The notes under the pieces are model-generated. The model was not told the DNA's origin, made no database searches, and saw only the letters and a program-made list of their open reading frames with translations. From positions 47,120,001 through 47,184,000 of the forward strand of contig OX597828.1 of assembly GCA_951406725.2 (NCBI GenBank): a DNA stretch of 64,000 nucleotides. The letters run 5' to 3'. Origin of the DNA: Octopus vulgaris. Lineage: Eukaryota. The translations under genes were made by a program, and so were the position numbers. Positions 27,612 to 43,067 of the stretch are shown here, one piece after another (position 1 is the first letter of the stretch; the number at the start of each line of letters is the position of its first letter).

Positions 27612-28906
27612 TGTGTGTGTGTGAGTGTGTGTGTGTAAATATTTATATATATAAGTATATCTATATATAGGGCGCCAGAAATTGTAAATTTCACAGTGAC
27701 ATGATACAAGCTTGAAAGTATCATGTGCTGGTAGAGTTCCCTAGATATGTAAGTACCAAATCCAATTTAAGCATCTACAAGGTATTATCTCATCTGTTTA
27801 TAAAGTTTTATATGAAGAGATTGTACTACACGCTATGGTGTAATCTATAAATACATCAATAATATGTTATCGAAACAGCTGTCGTAAATTTTAAATCCCA
27901 TCTGTGTTCTTTTATACATATAATTTGAATGATATTTTCTGTATCTAATTATTTTGATACAACAGAAAAGATTGTCTGCTTTTATATGGCGAATTCAACA
28001 ATTAAAGATATGACTTTCTCTATCTGCATTTTTTGTCATATATGTGTGTGCGCACACTTATGTATGTGCTCGTCTGTGTGTGTGTGTTTGTGTGTGTGTA
28101 TGTGTGTGTGTGTGTGTGTTTACGTCCGTGTTTGTCTCCTACCATCGTTGGTATGTTTGCATCCCCGTAACTTAGTGGTCAAGCAACAGAGACCGATGGA
28201 ATAGAGATCGAGCTTTAAAAAAACAACTAATCACCGAGGTCAACTCGTTCGACAGAAATTCTTCAAAGTGGCGCCCCAACCATGGCTGCACCTTAGTAAC
28301 AGAAGCAAAGAAAAGGTAATAGACATATTTATATGTATTTGTGCGGTGGGGGAAATGGTTTCTATGCACCATTGTCTGGTACTGATAAGTGTTTAGAAAC
28401 TTTTTTTCTTTTTTCTTCTTTTTTTTTTATAGAAGTCAACTAAGACCATCATAATCTCCGAACATTTCCTGAGGTCCTAACCCCGAAATATTGAAATATG
28501 AGGTAAAAGTACAAACCATCGACTTGTATTATTATATCTTATAACTTGCATTGTTGTGGATTTATAACAACATTTAAAGCGTTTATATACACATATACAT
28601 TCACGGCGGATTTCTGCACAGTTTCCTACAACCAAAGTGTGCTTAGAGTGTATATTAGATGCACGGACACACACACAAACACACACACACACAGATACAC
28701 ACACTCACATCTATCTATTGATATATATATATATATATACAAGCATATATATATATATATATACAAACACAAACACACATATACATATATACATATATAC
28801 ATATATATATATATGTATATATATATGTGTATATATATATACACTTATACATAGGCAATACATACATGCCTATATATCCAAATACATAAATATATATACA
28901 TATATG

Positions 28907-28974
<68 letters not shown>

Positions 28975-29004
28975 CATACATACATACATACATACATACA
29001 TACA

Positions 29005-29039
<35 letters not shown>

Positions 29040-29521
29040 TCTTCCAGATTCGATAATGGAGATTAAGGTTAAATTAGATTTGCAGTGACCTTGTCGTCGA
29101 AATTCCTTTCAGATGGAAATGGAGGAATTCTTCGAAAAACAGTCAAATGACATGCCGGATCCTTCATAACCATATGCTTTGTAGAAACAGAAGGAACCGA
29201 CAGGATATGGTTTTTTTACTTTTTTTCCGTTTTCTTTTAGTTTAGTTCGCTGTTCGCTACATTTTAAATTTCATGTATATTGGAGGGGTGGGGCATTTTC
29301 ATTTATATTTTGCATTTTGCTTTATTGTTTAGTTTATAGTTTTGTGTGTGTGTGTGTGAAGCTGAGTAGGGTGGGTTAGAGGGGTAGATCGATAGAAAGG
29401 AGTATGAAAAAAAAGGGAAGTGAAGAAGTAGTGAGTATGAAAATAAGAGGGTAAGCGACAAAAAAGAATGGGAGAGTGTGTGCGTGTCTGCATGTGAGCA
29501 TGTGTAAGCGTTTGCGTATGC

Positions 29522-29577
<56 letters not shown>

Positions 29578-29809
29578 ACAACTATATATATTATATCCAC
29601 GCATATATATATATATTAATATATAGATAATACAAATATATGATACATATATACACACACACACACATAGTCATACATAGATGTAAACATAAATATATGT
29701 ATATTATATGTGTGTGTGTGTGTGTGTATATATATATGTAGATATACTAACAGATACATCTAGAACTCTCTAGATATACATATATTTGTATGTGAATGCA
29801 TGTGTGAAG

Positions 29810-29841
29810 TAATGATGATGATGACGGCGATGATGAGAATG

Positions 29842-29899
<58 letters not shown>

Positions 29900-29982
29900 T
29901 AATAATAATGATAATAACAACGATTATGATAATAATAATCATAATAATAATAATAATAATAATTATAATAATAATAATAATA

Positions 29983-30025
<43 letters not shown>

Positions 30026-30130
30026 TAATAATAATAATGATGATGATGATAATAATGAGAAGAAGAAGAAGAAGAAGAAGAAGAAGAAGAAGAAGAAGAA
30101 GAAGAAGAAGAAGATGAAGAAGAAGAAGAA
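29810..30130. repeat. (AAT/GAT)n followed by (GAA)n
   Basis: Direct reading. Confidence 0.95.
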
Positions 30131-30789
30131 CAATTCCGTTTAATAACAGTATTAGTTTTAGAAGACGGACAGTAATAAGATTCCTACAATACTTACAAAG
30201 GCACATACATACATACATACATACATACATACATACATACATACATACATACATACATACATACTTACTCGAAAACGCACGCGCGCATGTACGTATATAT
30301 ATATATGTTTTTAATGTTTGCATATAGTATATATTTCATATGAATTTACTATCTTTTAACACTATTATCATTGTTGTTGTTTTTATTCTTGTTATAATTA
30401 TTATCATTATTATTACCATTATTAACTTTGCTATTATTGATGCTGTTATTGTTATTATTGATGTAAAAATGTTGTTTCCTAGAAAGGAAATAAAGATAAT
30501 CAATAAGACTACTGACACAGAATTCCTGTGTAATAAATATTTGCTGGCTTAGGTTATTATTAATATTATAATAAATATTATTATTTTTCAGTCATCTCAT
30601 TTTTATTGCATTTATATTTAGTATATACTTTTATTGCGTTTTTTTTTTTCACTGAAACATAGGATGCATCTTTGTGTGCCATGCGTATGTCCAATTATTG
30701 TTAGTTTTTTTTGTTGTTGTTTTTTTCTCTTGTACTGAACTGTACAGAAATGCTACGGTTTCATGCTCCAACATTCTTTACTCTCTCTT

Positions 30790-31029
30790 TTTCTCTTTTA
30801 CTCTTTTACCCTTTTACTTGTTTCAGTCATTTGACTGCGGCTATGCTGGAGCACCGCCTTTAATCGAGCAACTCGACCCCGGGACTTATTCTTTTGTAAG
30901 CCCAGTACTTATTCTATCGGTCTCTTTTGCCGAACCGATAAGTAACGGGGACATAAACACACCAGGATCGGTTGTCAAGCAATGCTAGGGGGACAAACAC
31001 ACTCACACAAACACACACACGCATATACA

Positions 31030-31077
<48 letters not shown>

Positions 31078-31239
31078 GACGGGCTTCTTTCAGTTTCCAT
31101 CTACCAAATCCACTCACAAGGCTTTGGTCGGCCCGAGGCTATAGTAGAAAACACTTGTCCAAGGTACCACGCAGTGGGACTGAACCCAGAACCATGTGGC
31201 TGGTAAACAAGCTACTTACCACACAGCCACTCCTGCGCC
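30790..31239 (-). mobile_element. SINE-A full length
   Basis: Consensus match. Confidence 0.9.
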
Positions 31240-31578
31240 TATTCTGTTAATCTCACATCCCAAATCTTTATGTTTGGATTATTTTCCCTATTTCTCCATT
31301 CAAATATGCATGATTTAATCTTGAGGATTTAGCAGAAACGTTACAACGTCGAACAAAATGCCTTACAGCATCTTTTTCCGGCTCTATGCATTGTGACTTC
31401 AAGTCAACGTTGCCTTTTGCATTTTGGGGGTTGCTAAAATAAAGTACCGGTCAAGTGTGGCAGTAGATGGCATCGACTAAAAACGTATCCTCAAAATTGC
31501 TGCCCTTGTGAATTAATCATAAGTCACTGAAGACGGCGAGCTGGCAGAATAGTTAGAATGTCTGAAATATTCCTTTAA

Positions 31579-31798
31579 CCCTTTAGTGTTCAGGTTACTC
31601 TGTTAAATGTAATACTTTTCCACTCAAATCGTTTTGAATTAATCATGCATTATCTTACAGCTTTGAGGTTTCAATGATGTGATTGTTTATATTTAGAATG
31701 ACATTGTCGGGTAGGTGTGAGAGGCTAGATATTGCCAGTTTAAATATAAAACATGTAGAATATCTGGGCCAGATATGGCCGGTTTAAACACTAAAGGG
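31579..31798. mobile_element. piggyBac-type MITE nested in an old SINE-B
   Basis: TTAA|CCCTTTAGTGTT...AACACTAAAGGG|TTAA; the SINE-B head starts at about 31535 and its body resumes after 31802. Confidence 0.85.
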
Positions 31799-32239
31799 TT
31801 AAGGCATTTATTTAAACTCTCAACATTCTGATTTCAAGCTCCCCACGTTCAGCTTTGTCTTTTATCCCCCCTGAATCGATAAAGTACAGTAGCAGTCAAA
31901 TACTGGAAGCTATCTTTTATCTTTTACTTGTTTTCAGCCAGGAGACTACGGCCATGCTGGGGCACCACCTTGAAGAATTTTTGTCGAAAGAATCGACCTC
32001 AGACTAGCCTCCACTCTTCAAAAATATCGGACTATGTGTGTAAATTAGAAGCCATTATTGCTCTTTGTTGTTATTGGTGTTTTTGAGCCGGCAGAGTCGT
32101 TAGCATGCCGGGCAAATAGTTTAGCAGAATTTCGTCCGTTTTTACGTTCTGATTTCAAAGTCCGCCGAGGTCGATTGAGTACTGGGGGGTGATGTAATCG
32201 AATTCCCCACCTCCCGAATTTGCTGGCCTTGTGCCGAAA

Positions 32240-32581
<342 letters not shown>

Positions 32582-32899
32582 TATGCGTGTTTGTTGCAAT
32601 CACTTGCCGATACACGCCCAACACTCTAGGGCAAGTGACGGTTGGTTAAGAAATGTGTTATAGTACAACTGAAAACTTGAGGTGGGGGAGAAGTGGCGAG
32701 GGAAATAGCGAAATACCTCCATATAATACAACACAAGCATTTAAATTGGTAGGGTTTTTCTAAGGATGTGGGCAGAACTTGTCAGTACAATCTTTTGGAT
32801 TTCCCTGAGACATGGTTCTCCTGGGATGTTGTCGAGTTGTTTTTGACATCCCTTTTCTATTATACTTAAGGGACCAAGAAAAACAGAAACAGTTTTTGG
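32582..32899 (-). mobile_element. 5'-truncated R4/Dong-like (REL-endonuclease) LINE: ORF C-terminus plus 3'UTR
   Basis: 32899-32741 (-) translates PKTVSVFLGPLSIIEKGCQKQLDNIPGEPCLREIQKIVLTSSAHILRKTLPI*, resembling the R4-clade C-terminal VIGALG...IQK..LLGTAHILRKVL pattern; (AAT)n on both sides. Confidence 0.8.
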
Positions 32900-33566
32900 T
32901 ATTATTGTTGTTGTTGTTATTATCCAACCAAGTATATTGAATGTTTATAAATTAATACTATCTCCTACCTTTTGTGTTAGCAGTGCGATTTAGTCACGTT
33001 TAAGTTATCTCTACAGACATTCTATAGATTTTAAAGACAGCATTGAAAGTTACGACATTTTGTATACGAATATATTTATGTAAACAATGCGATCAAAGAT
33101 TTTTAAAAATGTAGTGAGTGTATATGCATATTTCAGGAGTATTGCTCCTTCTTCAAGTGAAATACAAACACACACACACACACACATATATATATAGTGA
33201 CGTCTATAAATTTGCCTTTAGGTTGTTAAACTGCTAATAACCCACCCAAATTATTTATAGTTTTCACTTCTACTGTTTTTAAAATCAGCACATGTTTTCA
33301 ACGCCTTTTCTTATCACTTGACGAGGTGAGATGAGCTTAACCCTAGGCACAGTAAGAGTCACTGACGAGAATTAAGATGCTCTACATCAAAACTGAAAAA
33401 TCACGTGATATGGCTATATCTGTGACTGTAGGGAGCTTTGTCTCCCTTGTCAGGTAATCGAGATAGTTCTTTTGTGGTCAATGTGTCATTTTGACTCTTA
33501 TTTCTAGCAATGTTGGTACCACCTTGTACCCTATGTCACTTTAGTGACGTCTATACACACACACAC

Positions 33567-33610
<44 letters not shown>

Positions 33611-33891
33611 GGGGGGGGGTGCGTGCGTGTGTGTGTGTGTGAGTGAGTGTTGGAGTCTCCTGTCAGTTTTGACGTATCACAATCCGACAACTTTCGTTTT
33701 CTTTGTCAGTCAAAATGCTTGTGTTGAACGTGACGTTTGAATCCCGCCAAGGATTTGCAAACAAGTCCGCAGATATTGCAACTACGAGGTTGGCGGGTCA
33801 GTGCAAGCGGTATTTTTGCAGCCCCTTTTCTCCTTTGTCTTGCACTCCATAGCCTATCAATGCTGGTTAAAACAAAGTCTCTTATACTATA

Positions 33892-34268
33892 CTAGCAGTA
33901 TCGCCCGGCGTTGTTCGGGTTTGTTTCGACCCTTTAGAACTGGAATTTTTGAAAAGTAAGAATTTTGTATTATGTAGCTTGTTATTCTCTTTAAGTGAAC
34001 ATTTTTCTGGTTGAAATACACCAAAAAATGGCGACACAGCAGTAAAAAAATAGGGATTTTCATAGAAAAAAAGCACCTTTTTGATGTAAATAATTTTTGG
34101 TGTTAACATGGTCCGATTTGAATTTTATCTTCAAGGAAGGGCAAGCCTTCTTCTATCATACTCTCAATTTTGGTCAACTTGCGCCACAGGGTCTCAGAGG
34201 AGATAGTGTTAGTTGAAGGCTACCAAACCTGCCATACACAGACAACTCCAGCTTTATATATAGAGAGA
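33892..34268 (-). mobile_element. Non-autonomous Helitron
   Basis: A|TCTCTCTATATATAAAG...CCCGAACAACGCCGGG...CTAG|T on the minus strand. Confidence 0.8.
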
Positions 34269-34555
34269 TTAACACGACGATCTCCATTTGTTCGCTCTAA
34301 GGCTTTTACTTAAAGGTGTTGTGAGCTACAATGACACCGTCAGAATTTAGAGTCTGTGAAATAGACTATAATTTGTGAAATAATTCAGTTTTGGAACGTT
34401 GGATCTCGAAGCAAATAAATAAGAACGTGTAAATATACATTTAAACACTATATTTACTATATTTAATACGTAAAAATATGTTATAAGTTATGTAATTTAA
34501 CAAAGAGCTATACACATTCGGTACCCGGACAACGCAGGGTATCTCCCCTGGTGCA

Positions 34556-34610
<55 letters not shown>

Positions 34611-35713
34611 CACACCTATATACACATGCGCGCGCACACACACACACACACACAGACATATATATATATATATATATATATAAATACGACGGGGTTCTTT
34701 CAGTTTTCGGCTACAAAATTTACTCACAAGGCTTTAGTCGGCCCAAGGCTATAGAAGAATGTATTTGCGCAAGGTGCCACGCAGTGGCACTGAATCCGGA
34801 ACCATGCGACTGAGAACCAAACGTCATAACACACAGCCACGCCTATCCCTGTATATGTATACGCATGTATATAATAAACATGTATGTATATATGAATGTA
34901 TGCTAACACGCTCGCTCGTCCGCATACGCATGCGTAGACTTAGAAATATGTATATTAATTAAGGATATAAGAGTTAATTTATTAGCCCAATTTCAATTTT
35001 CAATTGCAGAATCTTAATAGTTACTTTGCCTACGCCTATATATTAGCAATTATTCACTCCATCAATGGCAAAGAGCAGGGCAATAAGGTCGAGGGCCTTT
35101 CAAAGTGAATATTTATTCGGCGTTTCGGCCCTCACGAGTCTGAGATTAGCGGTTTTCGCTTTTGTTCTTAATTAGCTTATTCAGAACTGCTAAGCTTCGG
35201 AAGAAAATGAAGCGATGTATGTTGTCCATTATTAAATCGCTGGTTTGGGCAAAGCACAATGGCTAGTTTGATGGTGGGTAGTGGGGCTGGGGGTGGAGAA
35301 ACGTGGCGATAGAGACAGGGTGAGATAGGAAGAGAGGCAGAGAGCGAGAGAGACAGAGAGAGAGTGAAGGAGTGAGGGAGGTAGGCGGGCGGGCGGGCGG
35401 AGAGAGCGGGTTGGTTTTAATCTAAATAGCTTTGTATTTAACAAGCAGTCAACAAAACGCTTAACTAAACAGATTGCAGCGAATATTCCTTCATTGCTGT
35501 TTGATTACGTTTCGACGGACGGATCGCGATATATTGATGTGGGGAGTAGGATCAGAAGGAAAACAGAGAGAAGGTGGAGAGTGAGAGACGGCGGCGGCGG
35601 TGGTTTTGGTGGTGGTGGTGAGGGGAGTTGGGATGTACCGGCGGTGGTTGTGGGGGAGGGCGTCTGGGAAGGTTAGGGAGAGACAGAGATTCTCCCTCAC
35701 ACTCTCTCTCTCT

Positions 35714-35758
<45 letters not shown>

Positions 35759-35807
35759 ACTCTCTTTCATTCATTCTTTAACTTTTCCTTTCTCGCTCTC
35801 GTTCTGA

Positions 35808-36345
<538 letters not shown>

Positions 36346-36729
36346 CTATTTATGTGTGAATATACAACTGACGTTAACACCCGCTTTTCCCGCTTTTTCT
36401 CACAAACTTACACCCCTCCTTCTGTCTTTTTCTTTCTTTTTCCTTTCTCTTTCTCTTCCTCTCTTCTCTTTCTCTCTCTCTCTCTCTTTCTCCCTCTCTA
36501 TTTCTCCCTAGTATTCGCGTACACGTACGAAGTACTCACAAGCCCAATATCATACACATGCACACAAACGCACGCACTCATACATTCATACAAATATTGG
36601 CGCACGCCTCCAGTCATATGCGTTGTGTGTGTGTGTGTGTGCGTGTGTGTGTGTGTGTGTGCGTGTGTGTGTGTGTGTGTCTGTGTGTGTGTGTTTGTGT
36701 GTGTGTGTATGTTTGTGTGTGTGCGTGTT

Positions 36730-36763
<34 letters not shown>

Positions 36764-36783
36764 TGTGTGTATGTGTGTGTGTT

Positions 36784-36814
<31 letters not shown>

Positions 36815-36925
36815 TTGTGTGTATGTGTTTGTGTATGTGTGTTTGTGTGTGTATGAATGTATGCGCACTAGCATACGTGCAGATAATAACGTGCATAGGC
36901 ACACATTGGTCTGCTCATGTACGCT

Positions 36926-36956
<31 letters not shown>

Positions 36957-37344
36957 TCACACACTTACACATACACATACATACATGTCTTGTGAAATTG
37001 CAGAAAATTGAGTCAATGAAATTGTATTAAAACCCAAAGACTTTCAGAATGTTTTGAAGAATGGTCTCTTTCTGTCTGTGTAGTGATGGCTAGAATCCAC
37101 ATCAGTGAGTTGTCTCTTGATGAAGGCTGTGTGTAATTAGGGTCTAATTACCCAGTTACATCCTCTTTTTGATCGTTCTGTTATTATTGTTGTTGTTGTT
37201 ATTGCTGCTGCTGCTGCTGCTGTTGTTGTTGTTGTTTTTATGGTTGTTGTTTAGTAGCGTTCAGTAGAATTCACTGAAGAATTCTCTTCATGGAGAATTA
37301 GTTCGCATCATCAAAATCAGAAAGAGGAACTTGTATGCGCGCGT

Positions 37345-37600
37345 GTATGCATGCATGTATGTATGTATGTATGTATGTATGTATGTATGTATGTATGTAT
37401 GTATGTATGTATGTATGTATGTATGTATGTATGCATGCATGTATGTATGCATGTATGTATGTATGTATGTATGTATGTATGTATGCATGCATATATGTAT
37501 GCATGTATGTATGTATGTATGTATGTATGCATGCATGTATGTATGTATGCATGCATGTATGTATGTATGTATGTATGTATGTATGTATGTATGTATTTAA
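37345..37600. repeat. (ATGT/ATGC)n
   Basis: Direct reading. Confidence 0.95.
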
Positions 37601-37658
37601 GTCTGTATGTATGTATATATGCATGTGTGTTGTGGATATTTATATGTATACGTATATA

Positions 37659-37691
<33 letters not shown>

Positions 37692-38077
37692 ATGTGTGTG
37701 CGTGTATATATATATATATATATATATATACATACATACACACACACAGACACGCACATATGAGAGGATCAATATCTTTTGTATGCTTGTGGGTGAGTGT
37801 AGATATATATATATAAACATATGTACATGCTTATGTGTGTCTTTGTGTGTCTCTCTGTGTGCGTGTGTTTGTGTGTTTCCTCGTAAGTAAAATTTCTTTA
37901 CATTTTCAAAAGCTTTGTCTCATACATAAGGCAACATTTAAGTATTAGATTCTTCTTTTGAAAAACCTGCGGAAGGCGCATAGTTCATAAGGTAAATACG
38001 TACACACACATACATACATACACACACGTACATACACATACACACACAAATGCACACACATACAGACACACCCATCA

Positions 38078-38115
<38 letters not shown>

Positions 38116-38541
38116 TGGAGAGATGGAAAGAGAGAGAGGGGGCATTACCTCAACTTACGTTTTCTCGAGTTACACCTTTCTCATTTTCACGTTGGACTTA
38201 GCAAACTTTTAAAACATAAGAATTCTAAAAAAATAAAAACATCTAAAAACCAATACCGATCGTTTATCGAGTCAAACCGAAGGCCTTGGAACTAATTACT
38301 GACATAACTTGAGGTATGGATGCATATGTACATACACACACACACGCACATGCGCACATATATACTTTATTTGTGGGTTAACCAATGAAGAGATCTTCAC
38401 AATTGTTCAAGCGTGCCACATAGAAGGCTTGGTACTCGTCCCTGTTTTCTACTTATGTTTATATGTATATATGTATGTATGTATATATATACACAAATCC
38501 AAAATGTGTGTATATATATATATATATATACATATATATAT

Positions 38542-38835
38542 AACGGGAAGCTTTATGAAAATAGACAAAAGACGAAGGCAGGTGGAAAACAAACAAACAA
38601 TTGTATTAGTATGGCGCTCAGGAAATATAAATAAAACAAGTCTTTAACGTTTCGAGCCTACGCTCTTCAACAGAAAGATACACAGAGAGAAAAAAACACA
38701 GAAAGAAGGAGAGAAAAAAATGCGTGCAGTAACTAACGAATCAACATGGCGATCTGATTTCGGCCAGAAGTCAAAGATCAAACATGAGACGCGAGAGCGA
38801 AATTAGGGGAGATAATAGGGTTGAATGACCAGCTC
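38542..38835 (-). mobile_element. Penelope-like pLTR fragment (H1b)
   Basis: Homologous to 40900-41068 (+); carries a hammerhead-like motif; abuts (TA)n. Confidence 0.6.
38641..38678 (-). ncRNA. Hammerhead-like motif with U at core position 6
   Basis: UCUUU CUGUUGA A GAGC-GUAG-GCUC GAAA CG UU AAAGA: 5-bp stem I, 4-bp stem II. Confidence 0.6.
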
Positions 38836-38840
38836 CAACA

Positions 38841-39106
38841 TAAGGGTGTGTGTGTGTATGAGAGAGTATTAGTGCGTATGAGAGGTCTGGACGTGTGTAT
38901 GTATAGGGTTGGTGTATGTATTAGTATGTATAAGGGTGTGTGTGTGTGTGTATGAGAGAGTATTAGTGCGTATGAGAGGTCTGGACGTGTGTATGTATAG
39001 GGTTGGTGTATGTATTAGTATGTATTAGTATGTATTAGTATGTATTAGTACGTATTAGTATGTATAAGGGTGTGTGTGTGTGTGTATGAGAGAGTATTAG
39101 TGCGTA
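38841..39106. repeat. About 90-bp minisatellite, about 2.5 units
   Basis: TAAGGGTGTG...ATGAGAGAGTATTAGTGCGTA recurs three times. Confidence 0.85.
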
Positions 39107-39262
39107 GATAGATAAAACTTACTTGGTGATCTTCACAATTGTTCAAGCGTGCCACATAGAAGCGTTGGTACTCGTCTCTGTTTTCTGCTTATGTGTATAT
39201 GTATATATATATATGTATGTATACACACATCGAAAATGTATATACATATATACAAATCGAAA

Positions 39263-39319
<57 letters not shown>

Positions 39320-39331
39320 TACATATATCTA

Positions 39332-39371
<40 letters not shown>

Positions 39372-40192
39372 CTAGCATTAAAGACCCATCGTTGCCGGGT
39401 CATAATGCAAGTGCATGTATATATGTGTATATATATATGTGTACATATTACATGTACATCTATATATATACATCTACACATAAAATACAAAATACAAAGT
39501 TATATCTTGATATCGCTAGTGATAACAATACTCAAAATATATAACAGACTGGAATTGTTAGCCCGTCTCTTGCAATTTCGATCAATTGTTTCTTGTCCTC
39601 CCTCTTGTATAGAAGTGTGGCTACAATCCAGCCTACCTCTACTTCTGGGGGGGAGGTCATTAAAATTTTTTTTTCCAGTACCCCCTACGTCCCAGATATA
39701 AAGATAAAAATTTATTTTTTTATTATCCATCTGGACTATTCCATTTCTGCACGCTAATTTTATTTTTAATTTATTCCCATTCATGTCAAACCACTTATTC
39801 AAGTTCAAGTCATTGATGCAATTTTATACCAATTGCTATTTTTACTTTTGTTATGTTATGGTTATATTATACTTTAGTTTGATTTTAATTATTACTTACT
39901 ACATATAATTCAATTGTTATTATTATTTTTATTGTTAAAGTGAAAGTATCTGACATAAAATAGAGAAATGTTTTTGTTTCACTTTTAACACGTGATACTG
40001 AAATAGTGGAAAAGATATAATATTGTTATGGGCTCGCTCTAGGCAAGAAGTTGAACATTTTTTTTGCCCATGAAACTACATAGACCCTAAGTAAGGCATG
40101 TGTAAAATTTGAATGACATTGGTTGTGTAGTTCTCAAGTTTTAGGGAAACACACAGACAGATAGACACACATTCTCAGTTTTATATATATAA

Positions 40193-40195
<3 letters not shown>
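39372..40195 (-). mobile_element. Non-autonomous Helitron (longer)
   Basis: A|TCTTTATATATATAAAAC...GACCCGGCAACGATGGGTC (hairpin)...CTAG|T on the minus strand. Confidence 0.75.
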
Positions 40196-40279
<84 letters not shown>

Positions 40280-40334
40280 AAACTAACTTGGAAAAGGATG
40301 CGTGGCGTTCAATTATGTAATAATTATTGTTCTT

Positions 40335-40550
40335 GTATTTGCTTAAGTCATTTGACCGCGGTCATGCTGGAGCACCGACTTTAGTCGAGCAAATCGACCT
40401 CGGGACTTATTCTTTGTAAGCTTAGTACTTATTCTATCTGTCCCTTTTGCCGAACCGCTATGTTACGCTAAGTTACGGTGACGTAAACAAACCAAAATCG
40501 GTTGTCAAGCGATGTTGGTGGGGACAAACACAGATACACACACATACTTA

Positions 40551-40582
<32 letters not shown>

Positions 40583-40711
40583 CATATATATATACGACGG
40601 GCTTCTTTCAGTTTCCGTCTGCCAAATTCACTCACAAGGCTTTGGTCGGCCCAAGGCTATAGTAGAAGACACTTTCCTAAGGTGTAACGCAGTGGGACTG
40701 AACCAGGAACC

Positions 40712-40713
<2 letters not shown>
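40335..40713 (-). mobile_element. SINE-A, head truncated by (TA)n
   Basis: Consensus match. Confidence 0.85.
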
Positions 40714-40807
<94 letters not shown>

Positions 40808-40856
40808 GTATATATATACATATATATATATATATATGTATGTATATATATACATA

Positions 40857-40902
<46 letters not shown>

Positions 40903-40945
40903 AGCCACTACACACATTTTTTCTCTTCTTGTTTTTTCTGTGTCC

Positions 40946-40981
40946 CTTTCTGTAGAAGAGCGTAGGCTCGAAATGTAAAAG
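40946..40981 (+). ncRNA. Hammerhead-like motif with U at core position 6
   Basis: CUUU CUGUAGA A GAGC-GUAG-GCUC GAAA UG UA AAAG. Confidence 0.55.
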
Positions 40982-41064
40982 ACTTTTTCTATTCCTGAGC
41001 GATATACTAATACACCTGTTTGTTTTGTACACCACTTGTCTTCGTCTTTTCTTCGTAAACTCTC

Positions 41065-41104
<40 letters not shown>

Positions 41105-42231
41105 ATCAGCAAGGGAACAGTAAAACTTTGTGAATACAAAACAGAAGAAAACAGAAAAAGTTAAGGTAAATTCATATGTACCGAGTTAAATTATTAGAAT
41201 ACGTGATTAGTGACATTTGTATAATTTGCATCAAAAGCTATATACTTAAACGTTATCACTCAAGTGATCTGGAAATTATAATGAAAGACGCAGAATAGGA
41301 TAAACAATATGAGCTTGGAGAAAAGGAAATTGGTAATCTGTGGGATAGAACGTAAGGATGAAAGAAAGATCTAGCGCTCTTTTAATTAGAAATGGCTTTT
41401 GCATGAAAAAATATGCTACCATGTTTGCAAGCTCTATCAAATTTACCATAACCTTTTGGCATTTCTATTCTTTTTTCTTTAGATTTCCAATCAATAAACG
41501 AAGCAAATATATCCATACATCAGATGCCTTTTACTCTGCGCCATGTTTTTATTTTTTTTTGTATTCTTCCTCCAATTTGAAATGTAAATTATTACTAATG
41601 AAGCAAATGAACTTTTTAATTTAGTAGTTGAACATGTATTCATCGCTTCACGTTCATTAGTTTGTTTTTGTCATTACGTCTGAGGCCATGCTGGAGCACC
41701 ATCCTCAAATGTATTGTATTAATTATTAGCTTTACAACCTGTCTGACTATCGAAGGATGTATGAGTATGCGTCCGGTGCACTGAATAAGTTTTGAAACCA
41801 AGAATTTCCGAGTATTCTTTCTCATTATTTGATAACATTTTCTCACTTCACTTTATGCAAATATCATTTAATTTCTGTTCTTCAATGATTTCAGATTAAT
41901 ATTCTCTCTATTTCTTTTTCTTTCCCCACTATCTCGTTAATTATTTCTTGTCAGTTAGCTTCTGGTCGGCTCTTTTGCGCCGTAGCCATGATGATGGGCA
42001 TTCCAAAAGACGCAATGTCTTGTTATTCACAAGGACAGCACTATGACGACCACGCGATCGAAATCGTTCTCGCCCTGACGTAATATTGGGATTTGAGGGA
42101 CAATTACGTGTTAGTTCTAGTAGATAAAACGACCGCATAACTGTGTTCTACTTGTAGCAAAGGAGCACATAGGGAACCTAACTTAATAAAAAATGTTTTT
42201 CTTTTTTTTCGTTTTAGTTTCAGCTCAGAGC

Positions 42232-42746
<515 letters not shown>

Positions 42747-42748
42747 AT

Positions 42749-43034
42749 TATAACAATAAGGTGTTTTGCAACACGTTGCTTGACCACATACCGAAAATTT
42801 TAGAAATATCAGCCGAAGGACTACTATTTCCTTTTTCTACAAAAATATGTCTTCCTAAAAATACAGACAACAATATTTGTAACTCACATATGGCAAAAAA
42901 GAAGTGAGTTACAAATATTGTTGTCTGTGGAGACATATTTTTGTAGAGAAAGGAAATAGTAGTCCTTTCGCTGCTATTTCTAAAATTTTCGGTATGTGGT
43001 CAAGCAACTTGTTGCAAAAACTCTTATTGTTATA
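42749..43034. repeat. About 135-bp imperfect inverted repeat with 16-nt loop
   Basis: Arms 42749-42887 and 42904-43034. Confidence 0.92.
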
Positions 43035-43067
43035 TAAGTTTTTACCGAATATGGTCCTTTTCCATAC

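Noticed and set aside
33360-33415. CTGACGA...GAAAAATCACGTGATA
   Set aside because: No stem II pairing and extra As in the core; probably chance
41988-42078. C/D-box snoRNA-like (ATGATGA...CTGA)
   Set aside because: No proper terminal stem, D' box or convincing rRNA guide; the middle resembles a decayed reverse SINE head
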